A DNA stretch of 64,000 bases from the IMG/VR virus record IMGVR_UViG_3300048591_000242, positions 96,001 through 160,000 of that record; one strand, written 5' to 3'. The translations under genes were made by a program, and so were the position numbers. Positions 42,311 to 51,518 of the stretch are shown in pieces; the stretch's first letter is position 1, and every line of letters starts with the position of its first letter. This DNA comes from a virus (Duplodnaviria > Caudoviricetes). The notes beneath the pieces were generated by a model, which was given only the letters and a program-made list of their open reading frames with translations, was not told where the DNA came from and did not search any database.

Positions 42311-43405
42311 TTATTGTACCCAAAGCTCTATTCTACCTAGAGTAGCTTCTATTTTATCCCTAAGAATCCTATCTTCTATTTTACGTAAAACCCCTACATT
42401 ACGAATACGTCTATAGATCTTCTTTAGCGTGTTTCTGTACTTAGTAAGATTGCTATAGCTAGAGGATAGGAATAGGCTAGCTTCTACTAACTGTAGGCTG
42501 GCTAATACTAAAACAGTATAGTTAGCCTGTGTATCTGAGGCTGATATAGTGGCCATGCCGTCCAATATAGAAACGCTTTCACGTATGGAGGGTATGTTGG
42601 AAAGACATGCTTCTGGGGGGATATCCATTACGGTTATTCTATCCAATAAGCCAGATAGCTCCTTCTCTATTTTACTCTCATACGTAGTTACGTGCATACC
42701 TAGCTTGGACTGATAAAGATCCTCATGCCACTCCCCACTAATATTGGAAATCATGTTTAATATAGTACAATTAAACTGACTGTAAAGCATGTTAGGTAGC
42801 ACGTATGAACCTAGAAACTGCTCTATGGTCTCTCTGGTATAGTCTGGGTTTTCTTTAACTAACTTGTTGTTATATTTTACCCATCCAGAATACATTATGG
42901 CTAAAGCTGGTATATCTACAGAAATTACAGAATAGTCATGTCCCTTACCAAAGCCTACTGGATAATGGGTACCTAATAGTCTATAGGGGTGCCGTACTAC
43001 CTTCAATGGCTCCAATGTAATCCAGTCTTCTTCTACCATATTTAGCGTGTCCTTGTACTGTAGGTCACTTGTGGCAATAACATATTCTTGACAAGACGGA
43101 TAAAACACTGAATCAAAAGGAGAATTGCTATTTATGGCGGTGGTTATACCGGCGCCTTGCGCAAGCTCATCTTTACTATCGCTTATTGTCGAATATATAG
43201 AAGTATAGTCTTCTGAAGAGGAGAAGATAAAACTATATACCAGTCTTGTTAGAAAATGACTACCGTCTACTTTCATGCCGCTTTTTCTATAGTAACTTAT
43301 GGCTTTTTCTATAGAAACCATCTGCTGTTTCAGTAGCCTATCTAGGGTAGGCTCCGATAGCGTGGTTTTAGTGAATATAGAGGTTCTATCTAGTAAGGTA
43401 TACAT
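42311..43405 (-). CDS. conserved Chimalliviridae protein divergent from chimallin (phiKZ gp52-like)
   Basis: 364 aa; position; MYTL N-terminus. Confidence 0.6.
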   Translation of the reverse strand: MYTLLDRTSIFTKTTLSEPTLDRLLKQQMVSIEKAISYYRKSGMKVDGSHFLTRLVYSFIFSSSEDYTSIYSTISDSKDELAQGAGITTAINSNSPFDSVFYPSCQEYVIATSDLQYKDTLNMVEEDWITLEPLKVVRHPYRLLGTHYPVGFGKGHDYSVISVDIPALAIMYSGWVKYNNKLVKENPDYTRETIEQFLGSYVLPNMLYSQFNCTILNMISNISGEWHEDLYQSKLGMHVTTYESKIEKELSGLLDRITVMDIPPEACLSNIPSIRESVSILDGMATISASDTQANYTVLVLASLQLVEASLFLSSSYSNLTKYRNTLKKIYRRIRNVGVLRKIEDRILRDKIEATLGRIELWVQ

Positions 43406-43461
43406 TTTTCACCTTCTGTGTGTAGCTCGATTGTAGAATGTATATTATCGGCTATTCTTCG

Positions 43462-43473
43462 AGTATATATTAC
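43462..43473 (+). promoter_or_regulatory. phiKZ-type early promoter
   Basis: AGTATATATTAC. Confidence 0.6.
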
Positions 43474-43545
43474 CGAAATAGATGTATGCGTATTTACATC
43501 TATTAAAGCTTCAAACTTAAGGACTAGATCCTAGGAGAAACAACC

Positions 43546-43662
43546 ATGTATAAGAAAATAATAGAACCTGTATTTTTGTTTACAATCATGCTAATGCTAG
43601 GTATGGAGTTACCCGCTAAGGAGCTTATCGAAACAAAACCTGAAATAAGGGTTGTAAAATAA
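43546..43662 (+). CDS. 38-aa hydrophobic microprotein (not in ORF track)
   Basis: AGGAGA SD; MYKKIIEPVFLFTIMLMLGMELPAK... Confidence 0.5.
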   Translation: MYKKIIEPVFLFTIMLMLGMELPAKELIETKPEIRVVK

Positions 43663-43866
43663 GTAATTTTTTACACGCCTAACTATCATATACGTTACAT
43701 ACACCAGTGCCTTCGGGTACTGGGTACCAAGCGCCGTCCGCTGGTTGTATGTAACACAGTTGTATTTTAATACACCTTGTACTCATGTTGTGCGATAGAA
43801 AGACAATGGTCTTCTATTCCAATCTTGATGTATATTCTAACCACAGTAACTTTCAGGTTTGTTTTA

Positions 43867-43878
43867 GGTATATATCAC
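43867..43878 (+). promoter_or_regulatory. phiKZ-type early promoter for chimallin
   Basis: GGTATATATCAC about 70 nt upstream of the start. Confidence 0.7.
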
Positions 43879-43946
43879 TAACCTGGTGTTCTAGAACTCA
43901 CCAAGAAATAAATAAAACCATAAACCCAATGTTGGAGTAATAAAAA

Positions 43947-45860
43947 ATGGCTATTAAGAAAACAGGTGGAGAATCCGCAGAAGTGTCACAAGACAATGCT
44001 GGACCACAACAAGGATACACGTACCAACCACAATCTACAGGTGACGACCTGTTCTCTGGTATTGGTGTAGAGACTCTTTCTGGAGGCGTAGATACTGAAG
44101 GCTTCGCTGCGTTCAGTGCTGAGATGGAAAGACTATCTAAGTTACCTGAAGTACTCAGAACTATTAAGTTGAGTGTTATTCCGGTATCAAACCAACACCT
44201 TAGACTGCCGGTATTGGCCATGGCGGCTGAGTCTAAAGACGGGGTTGTGGTTTACAGCCTTCTTATTGAAGGCATGATGGGTCAGCCTTTGGAGCCTATT
44301 CGTGAAATCCGTCGTGATTTCGGTGGCCCACAGGGAGCTGAGATTATTATTGATCGTCCTACTAGTCGTTGCTATGACAACGGTTTGCGTAAGATCGTAG
44401 CGGCTGCGGTAGCTACGCAGTTAAATACCAGTGCTGAGCGTATCGTTCACCAGTCACATTGTGTTGTGCCACGTGGCGCTAACCTTAAGTGTGCTGAAAC
44501 CTGTCGCTCGTTCTTTGACAGCGCTAACCTAGCTCTGACAAACGCTGTAGCGCGCGATCGTATTGCCGGTGTTACCGTAGCTAACCTTACCAACCCAGCG
44601 GGTGTGGTAAATCAGCGTACTACTATTACACCTGGACAAAACAAGTTGAACAAAATCGGTTTGCCTATTGCGGCTGACTTTACAACCACTATTGAACTTG
44701 CTCGTAAGGCGCAAGAAAAGACCAGTTGGTCATCAGATATTCACGTTGCACAACAGCGTTACCATTTGGCAGAAGTAAGCGGTTACATTGATTTCTCAGT
44801 AGCTGGCCCAATTCCACCAAAACCAAACATGAATCCAATGCTGCCACAAACTGTACCTGGTTACATTCCTATGGTTGTAATTACAGAAATCGCTGGTTTG
44901 GCAAACAACGGTTCCTCTATTGAAGACATGCGCACGCAGTTACTGGGTATTGCTGCTACTACAGCGCTTACTGCAGATCACGGCTGGGTACGTGTATTTG
45001 AAAAGATGGCCGGTGCCAAATCCGTCAAGGCAGATATCGGTTTATTAGGTTTGGAACACGATCCGTATATCGGTCGTACACCAGAACTAGGTATGGTTAG
45101 CGTAGACAGCATTAGCTACGGTAAGCAGCCAAAAGAAGGCACAATGACTCCGAAGCAAGTAGCGGATTTGTGGTGTACTGATAAAGTAGCAGTAGCGCTG
45201 GATGTTGAACAGGGTGGCCGTTTGCACTGGATTCAGGATATCTTTGTAGCGGCCTCTGGTGTAGGTGATGAAACTGGTCGCCGTACCGCAGCTAACGAAC
45301 GTATCATTGCTGAGTGTGATGTTCTTACTAACGGTATTTTCTCACGTCTATGGACTGAGTTAAACGGTGGTCAGAAAGCACACGTGGTAGCTACTGAAAC
45401 TGTAGCAGTACATTTGGGTACGTATGATGGCGGTAAGAATGGCGGTCGCCGTGATCTTCGTTCTATCGACTATCTGACAATGCTAGGTCAAATGCCGAAA
45501 GATCTGGAAAAGCTAAGTGCAGCTACTGCCGCTACCATTCCTGGTGGCTGTAATGCTATTACACTTACTGATCGCAGAAACGCTATTGAAAACATTGTGG
45601 GCGATTGTGAATTCACCGGTATGGCTACACGCGTCTTCTTAACTGGTGGTTTCATCAATACTTTCGTACGTGCACTTATCCAGGCAGGTGTTACTTTCCG
45701 TTCTGACGATTTGTTAGGTTACGGTCAGTCTAGCCAGCGTGTGGTAATGAACTACAACTTGGCCGGTACTGCTTCTGAAGGTTTATATCAGACAGCATAT
45801 CAGCAGGGTTCAGTACCAGGCATCCCAGGCGGTGCTGGGTATATTAACCCATTGTTCTAG
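43947..45860 (+). CDS. chmA: chimallin, phage nuclear shell protein
   Basis: 637 aa directly upstream of the nvRNAP beta-prime-N gene; EVSGYIDF motif; disordered termini; strong codon bias. Confidence 0.8.
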   Translation: MAIKKTGGESAEVSQDNAGPQQGYTYQPQSTGDDLFSGIGVETLSGGVDTEGFAAFSAEMERLSKLPEVLRTIKLSVIPVSNQHLRLPVLAMAAESKDGVVVYSLLIEGMMGQPLEPIREIRRDFGGPQGAEIIIDRPTSRCYDNGLRKIVAAAVATQLNTSAERIVHQSHCVVPRGANLKCAETCRSFFDSANLALTNAVARDRIAGVTVANLTNPAGVVNQRTTITPGQNKLNKIGLPIAADFTTTIELARKAQEKTSWSSDIHVAQQRYHLAEVSGYIDFSVAGPIPPKPNMNPMLPQTVPGYIPMVVITEIAGLANNGSSIEDMRTQLLGIAATTALTADHGWVRVFEKMAGAKSVKADIGLLGLEHDPYIGRTPELGMVSVDSISYGKQPKEGTMTPKQVADLWCTDKVAVALDVEQGGRLHWIQDIFVAASGVGDETGRRTAANERIIAECDVLTNGIFSRLWTELNGGQKAHVVATETVAVHLGTYDGGKNGGRRDLRSIDYLTMLGQMPKDLEKLSAATAATIPGGCNAITLTDRRNAIENIVGDCEFTGMATRVFLTGGFINTFVRALIQAGVTFRSDDLLGYGQSSQRVVMNYNLAGTASEGLYQTAYQQGSVPGIPGGAGYINPLF

Positions 45861-45871
45861 TAGTTAAACTC

Positions 45872-45899
45872 CAGGGTACTCCTTAATTGGGGTACCCTG
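45872..45899 (+). terminator. hairpin after chmA
   Basis: 11-bp stem CAGGGTACTCC/GGGGTACCCTG. Confidence 0.6.
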
Positions 45900-45934
45900 A
45901 CTTATTACACTAAAAATTTTACTAGGAAATAAGA

Positions 45935-47161
45935 ATGAGTAAAAACATCCGCGTACTGGATCACGATGAACATTTTAGAAGTTTAAATTTTCCACCGATT
46001 ATTCTAAACGATATACCGGCCAGAACTAAGGAGGAGAGAGAAGCACTAAATAACATCATAATGACCACGTACGACAACACAGATACTTTAGAGTCAGTAC
46101 CTAGCTGTGCGTGTGGGGCTCTGTCGTATGGGCATAACTTAGGGGCCATGTGTAGTAGCTGTGGTACCAGAGTAGAAACCCCTACAGACAGAAAAATAGA
46201 GGCTACCGTATGGATACGTTCTCCAGAAGGTATAGTTTCTTTAGTAAACCCAGTATTGTGGTTGGTGTTAGGGAAGATCTTAACAAAATCACACTACAAC
46301 GTTCTGTATTGGTTTTGTAACCCATATGCTGAAGATCCCCCACATAACAACAAGGCTGCTATTCAGTTAATACGCAGATTTTTAAACTCTGGCATACCTC
46401 GAGGATTAAATTCCTTTATAGTGAACTTCGATCAGTTAGTACCTATCTTTCTGGCCGCAGTACCACTAGCTTCTAACCGACCACATCTGGAATCTTTTAT
46501 TTCAGAAAATAAAGACAAGTTCTTTCCACAGCACCTACCAGTACCGTCTAAGGTAGCGTTTGTTCTGGAGAAAACTAGTACTGGCTCTTATGCCGATATT
46601 AACATAAGAGACCCTATTAACGCATGTCTTACTGTAACTTCACTGGACTCTGGTACCTTAAGTAACGTTAAGAGACTAGAAAGCAGAATGTCTTCTGTTA
46701 TCAATGATTTATCGAACTATTACAAACATATGTTTGGTGATCCGTTCTCAGCTAAGGCCGGTCTTCTTAGAAAGACTGTATTTGGCAGTAGGATGGGTTA
46801 TAGTTTTCGATGCGTTATAACCAGTGCTCACGGGGTACACGACTATGAGCAAATAAAGATACCTTATTCTCAAGCGGTAACTCTACTTAAGGCACACCTT
46901 CTAAACAAGCTACACAAGTTGGAGTATAACGAGAGAGATGCTAAGGCTTATATAGCCCAGCATACCAAGGAGAGAGATCCTCTGCTTCTTAGGCTCTTAT
47001 ATGAGCTTATAGCAGAAGCACCAGGGGGTAAAGGTATACGTTGTCTCTGGATTCGGTACCCTACTTTAACGAGGGGCAGTATACAGTCGCTTCATATCTC
47101 GGATATCTCCGAGATGTCAGCTAGTCTTAGTATATTGGCCCTAAACGGCGCTACGGCTGAT
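45935..47161 (+). CDS. nvRNAP beta-prime N-terminal subunit (phiKZ gp55-like), exon 1
   Basis: zinc ribbon CACG..CSSC, K.GLLRKTVFGSR, RYPTL; ends LNGATAD. Confidence 0.9.
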
Positions 47162-48673
47162 GAAGCGGCTTAACTAACGATACTTGAACAATTGTGTTTG
47201 CTAATGTACATTAATGCTCTATGTGTTCTTTAAATTAAATAAATATCATGGTGAGGATAAATGTATGTTAGTTGAAATTAAAGGTTTTCCTGGGTTCTAT
47301 AGGGCTGTTGGTACAACAAACCTGGCCGTAAATAAAAATGGAATCATTCTAGATTTAGTTACCCGTAAATACAAACTCACCGACGTTGCATCGGATGGGT
47401 ACATCACCACAAATGATGGCGGAGTAACTAGGAACGTTCATCGCATTATGGGTGATACATTCCTAAAACGTCCTAGCGGGAAGGGGACGTACATAATCAA
47501 CCATAAGGACGGAGATAAAACTAATCCTAGGTTAGATAATTTAGAATGGGTTACATATAGCGGTAACATAGAACATGCCTACGCTAATGGTCTAAGAACA
47601 GACAACACTCCGGTTGAAGTTTATAACTTGAAAACGGATGAAATTATAAAATTTATTAGTATACAGCAGTGTGCTAAGTATTTTAAACGTAACCATAACG
47701 CTATAGTTAAGTATCTTAAAAGCAAGCGTAATGCACCGTTTATGTTGTCGTACAGCATTAGAAAGGTAGGGGAAGGTTGGCCACCTCTTACCAAGAATGA
47801 TATTGGTAAAGTGGTAAATGGGGCACCCGTTAGCATAATAGCGGTTAATGTAAGTACCGGTGAAAAAATAATTTTCAGTGGTGCTAAAGCGGCGTCAGAA
47901 TATCTGGGTCTAAAGAAATCTGGAATAGGTGGTAACTTACGTGGCACACATGGCGATAAGCCGTACCACGGTTATAGATTTTACCATCTTAACACCTATA
48001 ATCTTGAGTCTACAGATAACGCAATTGATGTGCGTGATCCTCAATCAACTAAATCTAAAGGAAAACCACCTAGACAAAAGCCCAAAATGGTTAGTGCATT
48101 TAATCATGATACCGGTATTGAGGATGTGTTTAACTCCATGCGCGTATTTGCTGAGTCTGTAGGGACAACCTATGATGCAATAGCTAGATCGGTATGGAAA
48201 AACGCTGGTAGGTGGAAAAACTACACAATCAAGTATATAGGTTAAGCCGATAGTCCTCTAGGCTAGTAATGGTCTAGTAGTTTCTCTCTAATTGCTGGAA
48301 CCCACTAAAGATTCACCCACTACAACGTAACTGGAAACGGTAAGCGTGAAGGTATCGAAAGATAGAAAAAAGTGGTGAGTATGGAATATGACGATAGTAA
48401 GTCTAAGTTCTATAGACAATGTGGGAATCAGCAGCGAAGTTCCTAAGCTACTCTACCTTGGTAGAGGTGTATGGAATGTGCTCAACGATCAACCGGTAGC
48501 TCGGTGTAGGGTGGCAAGCGATGTAACAATCAGGCCATTCGAAATGGGAGGGGGCCTTTCATGTTTGTGTGAAAGGTTCATGATATGATCTAATATCCAT
48601 CTGTAATGGATGGGAAGTTCGCTACTTCGGTAGTGAGAACTGTATGGGTGTCGCGGCCCATATGAATGCAATG
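47162..48673 (+). mobile_element. group I intron in the nvRNAP catalytic motif
   Basis: GAU 5' junction, terminal G; CGGCTTAAC/GTTAAGCCG P1 stem around the HNH ORF; AATTGCTGGAA, AATCAGCAG, P7 GATCA/TGATC; P9 hairpins. Confidence 0.9.
47265..48245 (+). CDS. intron-encoded HNH homing endonuclease
   Basis: VHRIMG.TF..INHKDGDKTNPRLDNLEWV..SGN; NUMOD1-like repeats; GAGG SD before ATG 47265. Confidence 0.9.
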   Translation: MLVEIKGFPGFYRAVGTTNLAVNKNGIILDLVTRKYKLTDVASDGYITTNDGGVTRNVHRIMGDTFLKRPSGKGTYIINHKDGDKTNPRLDNLEWVTYSGNIEHAYANGLRTDNTPVEVYNLKTDEIIKFISIQQCAKYFKRNHNAIVKYLKSKRNAPFMLSYSIRKVGEGWPPLTKNDIGKVVNGAPVSIIAVNVSTGEKIIFSGAKAASEYLGLKKSGIGGNLRGTHGDKPYHGYRFYHLNTYNLESTDNAIDVRDPQSTKSKGKPPRQKPKMVSAFNHDTGIEDVFNSMRVFAESVGTTYDAIARSVWKNAGRWKNYTIKYIG

Positions 48674-48883
48674 TACGATGGTGATGTTCTCAGTGGCTGT
48701 ATAGCCCTTAGTAGGAAGCAATATGATGACTTTGAGTACTTCAGACCACACTACGGTATTCATTCCTTTGTTAAGTTAGGTGAGCTAAATGGAAACTGCA
48801 GTTTACCAGAAACCGACATCGGTGTGATTAACTCGTGGTTTGAGTATGAAGAAGATGAGTTAGGTATTGTAGCTGAACGATAG
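48674..48883 (+). CDS. nvRNAP beta-prime N-terminal subunit, exon 2
   Basis: begins YDGDVL, completing the DxDGD triad; spliced product 478 aa. Confidence 0.9.
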   Translation, partial: YDGDVLSGCIALSRKQYDDFEYFRPHYGIHSFVKLGELNGNCSLPETDIGVINSWFEYEEDELGIVAER

Positions 48884-48891
48884 TTGTAGAC

Positions 48892-48920
48892 AGGGGGAGC
48901 CAATGGCTCCCCTTTTATTT
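48892..48920 (+). terminator. classical intrinsic terminator
   Basis: GGGGAGCC/GGCTCCCC stem with T-run. Confidence 0.75.
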
Positions 48921-48944
48921 TTGTGCTGTTTGGAGGAAAGGTTT

Positions 48945-49340
48945 ATGGTTATTCAAAATGTGCCAGTAGGTTGGGTATTGGTAGCGGAAGGTAGTGAGGT
49001 ACCGACGGTACATAGGGAAGGACATGTACAGGATGATGGTAGTGTGGTGTGGGCAGATATTCAATATGAGCACACCGATGCTACGCCTGAATGGGTAGGT
49101 CAACAGGAGGGCGTATATATACTTACAACACTAGGGCATTTATTTAACATATATGTTAATAAAGGCGGCTATCGAATATTTCCAGACGGTACCGTGTTTA
49201 TAACCAAACATAATAGGCCGTCTGGGGACATGTATCGTAGTTTTAGACGAGACAAGGTTGGCAGTTTAATATGTAAAGAAACTGGGGATTACTTATTTAA
49301 GTATGAGGAACACAAACCATGCAGTTATGTGGAGTTTTAG
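48945..49340 (+). CDS. hypothetical protein
   Basis: start moved to the Met after GGAGGAAAGG, outside the terminator. Confidence 0.55.
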   Translation: MVIQNVPVGWVLVAEGSEVPTVHREGHVQDDGSVVWADIQYEHTDATPEWVGQQEGVYILTTLGHLFNIYVNKGGYRIFPDGTVFITKHNRPSGDMYRSFRRDKVGSLICKETGDYLFKYEEHKPCSYVEF

Positions 49341-49798
49341 TAGTAGATATCGCTAATGGCTTTTGTTATATATTTGAGTCTAGCGAATCTGCTTCAAGAT
49401 ACCTTATAGGGGAGAACATATTACATATAGAACCCAGTACGGTGGAAAATCTAATACGGGGTACAAATGGTAATCTGTATAAGGGACTCTTCTTTATACT
49501 AATAAACGATTATGCATATAGTCTATCCATAGCTAGAAACGTACACATGCATGCTAGGACTATGCGTATAGAAGCTATGGATACTAACTCTGGTATTATA
49601 ACTGAATATGTAAACTCCATTATGTTTGCTATGGTTACTAGAGTAAATTTATCTAGTTTGAAGCTTTTGTTTACAGGGCATGAGAAACTGGTATATGTAG
49701 GGAGTTGGGTAGTGCGTTTAAAGGATACACCAGTAGACTGGCCTACGGAGGAGGAGATTAATGATTATTTTAATTACATAACCGGCAAGGTATTGTAA
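49319..49798 (+). CDS. NUMOD1-like repeat protein without nuclease domain
   Basis: two repeats resembling the C-terminal modules of the HNH ORFs here; no HNH motif. Confidence 0.5.
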   Translation: MQLCGVLVVDIANGFCYIFESSESASRYLIGENILHIEPSTVENLIRGTNGNLYKGLFFILINDYAYSLSIARNVHMHARTMRIEAMDTNSGIITEYVNSIMFAMVTRVNLSSLKLLFTGHEKLVYVGSWVVRLKDTPVDWPTEEEINDYFNYITGKVL

Positions 49799-49863
49799 TA
49801 TAACTGCGCATGGGTATATGTTGGAGTACTTTCTGTGCCCTATATAAGGCTCAGCACAATACC

Positions 49864-49876
49864 AGATATATATTAC
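49864..49876 (+). promoter_or_regulatory. phiKZ-type early promoter
   Basis: AGATATATATTAC. Confidence 0.6.
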
Positions 49877-49931
49877 GGTATAGACACACAACCACAAAAA
49901 GCATGGGAAAAGCCCATGGGAGGATAATAAG

Positions 49932-50549
49932 ATAGCTACCTTTTATGGGTCACCAGAAGAAGCGGCTGCCGCACTATACAGTGGTCCCAGTAACGCAGCC
50001 ATGCAGTACGTAAATCAAACTGTAGATAGATTTGTAGGCTACGCGCAGGCTATGCCCGGTAGTATAGCTAACGTAGTACGGCAGAAACACCAGGAGCTTT
50101 TGTCCAGTAGCACTAGTCGTAAAGTAGAGGCTATACGTCACAAAATAAACAACATGTGGCAGGATAATACTGTACGGGTAATGTGGAGTGTAGGGGCAGC
50201 TCAACAGGCACCAGACGCTATGGTACGTTGGATGATGGCTAATCCTAGAATACGTTCCTTGTATCATGACGGTAGGGTAGAAGGCTATGGCGATAGGTAC
50301 AATGATATTCAGCCTAACTGTGTAGGGGAAGAACAGTATGATTATCGCAGGGTAATGGACGGGATGATTGTTAATACTGAAACAGGAAGCCATTATACTA
50401 CCTATCACGAAGAAATAATACCGGATGACGTTGTATTAAATACTTTAGAGAAAATGAGTATTAGATTATCCTGGGACATCGTTAATAAGGAAATAGAAGA
50501 TGGGAATATGGATGATCCGACGTCAGAATGGAACGCACTGATTGGTTAG
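49932..50549 (+). CDS. conserved Chimalliviridae core protein (phiKZ gp59-like); possible AUA start
   Basis: MMANP.IR.LY..GR.EGYG..Y, YDYRRVMDG; frame open upstream of ATG 50001, with GGAGG before ATA 49932. Confidence 0.6.
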   Translation: MATFYGSPEEAAAALYSGPSNAAMQYVNQTVDRFVGYAQAMPGSIANVVRQKHQELLSSSTSRKVEAIRHKINNMWQDNTVRVMWSVGAAQQAPDAMVRWMMANPRIRSLYHDGRVEGYGDRYNDIQPNCVGEEQYDYRRVMDGMIVNTETGSHYTTYHEEIIPDDVVLNTLEKMSIRLSWDIVNKEIEDGNMDDPTSEWNALIG

Positions 50550-50618
50550 TAAATTCAAAATAACAAAAGGGCAAAATTTTGCCCTTTATTTTTTATCAAA
50601 AATACAAGGAGAACAGTC

Positions 50619-51023
50619 GTGTCTAAGACGTTACCTATGTTAGGTGGAGAGGGTTGGCTGACTGATCCTGAACTCATTATGAGTAGAATATACATGCATG
50701 TATTTCTAACGGATCACTCACAGAGTAATATTTACCAGGGCAACATTATCAGCATCCAGTATATTCTATCAAACTCCGGTGATGATCCGGTGGATATTTC
50801 CTCAAACATACAAGCTGGACTGAAGGCTATTTACTCCAAGTACTATGAAAACGTAGACGTAAGTTTTGAACAGTTACCTTCAGATTCATACGGTTTATCT
50901 GAAGCTATAATGGTATTCGGGCTGTCTGTAAAGGGCGAGTTAGATGGGGTTATCTATACGCTGGATAAGGTTTTACAGACAGATAAATCTAGTAGTGTTA
51001 GAAAATTTAAAGAATTAGGATAA
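50619..51023 (+). CDS. conserved phiKZ-like hypothetical protein
   Basis: 134 aa; FLTDHSQSNIYQG motif; synteny. Confidence 0.65.
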   Translation: MSKTLPMLGGEGWLTDPELIMSRIYMHVFLTDHSQSNIYQGNIISIQYILSNSGDDPVDISSNIQAGLKAIYSKYYENVDVSFEQLPSDSYGLSEAIMVFGLSVKGELDGVIYTLDKVLQTDKSSSVRKFKELG

Positions 51024-51032
51024 GGTGAATTT

Positions 51033-51500
51033 ATGTCAATGGAAAGCCTAAAGGCGCAACTTGGTAATCTACCGAAGATTTCTCAATCTGAATTTAGAAA
51101 ATTCTTACCGATTCTAATAGATCCTAAGGCAGATATAACCCTTAAGAGAAAGTGGTTAGATATCTGCATAGATCCAAGATTATCAGTTATCGTGGTAGAC
51201 GATAGTACTGGGGAAGAAGTACATAGGGTACCGCCACTTATTTATACCACTCAGGAGCTTACTGGTAGAAACATATCTGGTACATTAGATGTCATTGGTA
51301 GAATGGCTGATGCTAATCCTTTATTGGGTAGAAAGTATGCCAGAGAAAACCTTACTCCTGAGGTGGTTATTGGTAAGCCACCTGAAGAAGATGTTCAGCT
51401 ATGGAGAGAAATATTAGTCAGGTATGATATCACTAAAGAGGAGGATGCTGAGGCCTCTAATGTAGTAGCTGGTTTATCGGATGACCCAGGTGCCTGGTAA
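51033..51500 (+). CDS. conserved phiKZ-like hypothetical protein
   Basis: 155 aa directly upstream of sbcD. Confidence 0.65.
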   Translation: MSMESLKAQLGNLPKISQSEFRKFLPILIDPKADITLKRKWLDICIDPRLSVIVVDDSTGEEVHRVPPLIYTTQELTGRNISGTLDVIGRMADANPLLGRKYARENLTPEVVIGKPPEEDVQLWREILVRYDITKEEDAEASNVVAGLSDDPGAW

Positions 51501-51518
51501 CTTAACGGAGTAACTGCT

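Noticed and set aside
48388-48588. 66-aa ORF
   Set aside because: Lies in the ribozyme core of the RNAP intron
48644-48673. NAMYDGD as a catalytically dead RNAP motif
   Set aside because: Artefact of translating intron sequence; the first Asp comes from exon 1
49795-49802. Minus-strand TATATTAC as an antisense promoter
   Set aside because: An AT-rich 8-mer is expected a few times by chance in 64 kb; no other support
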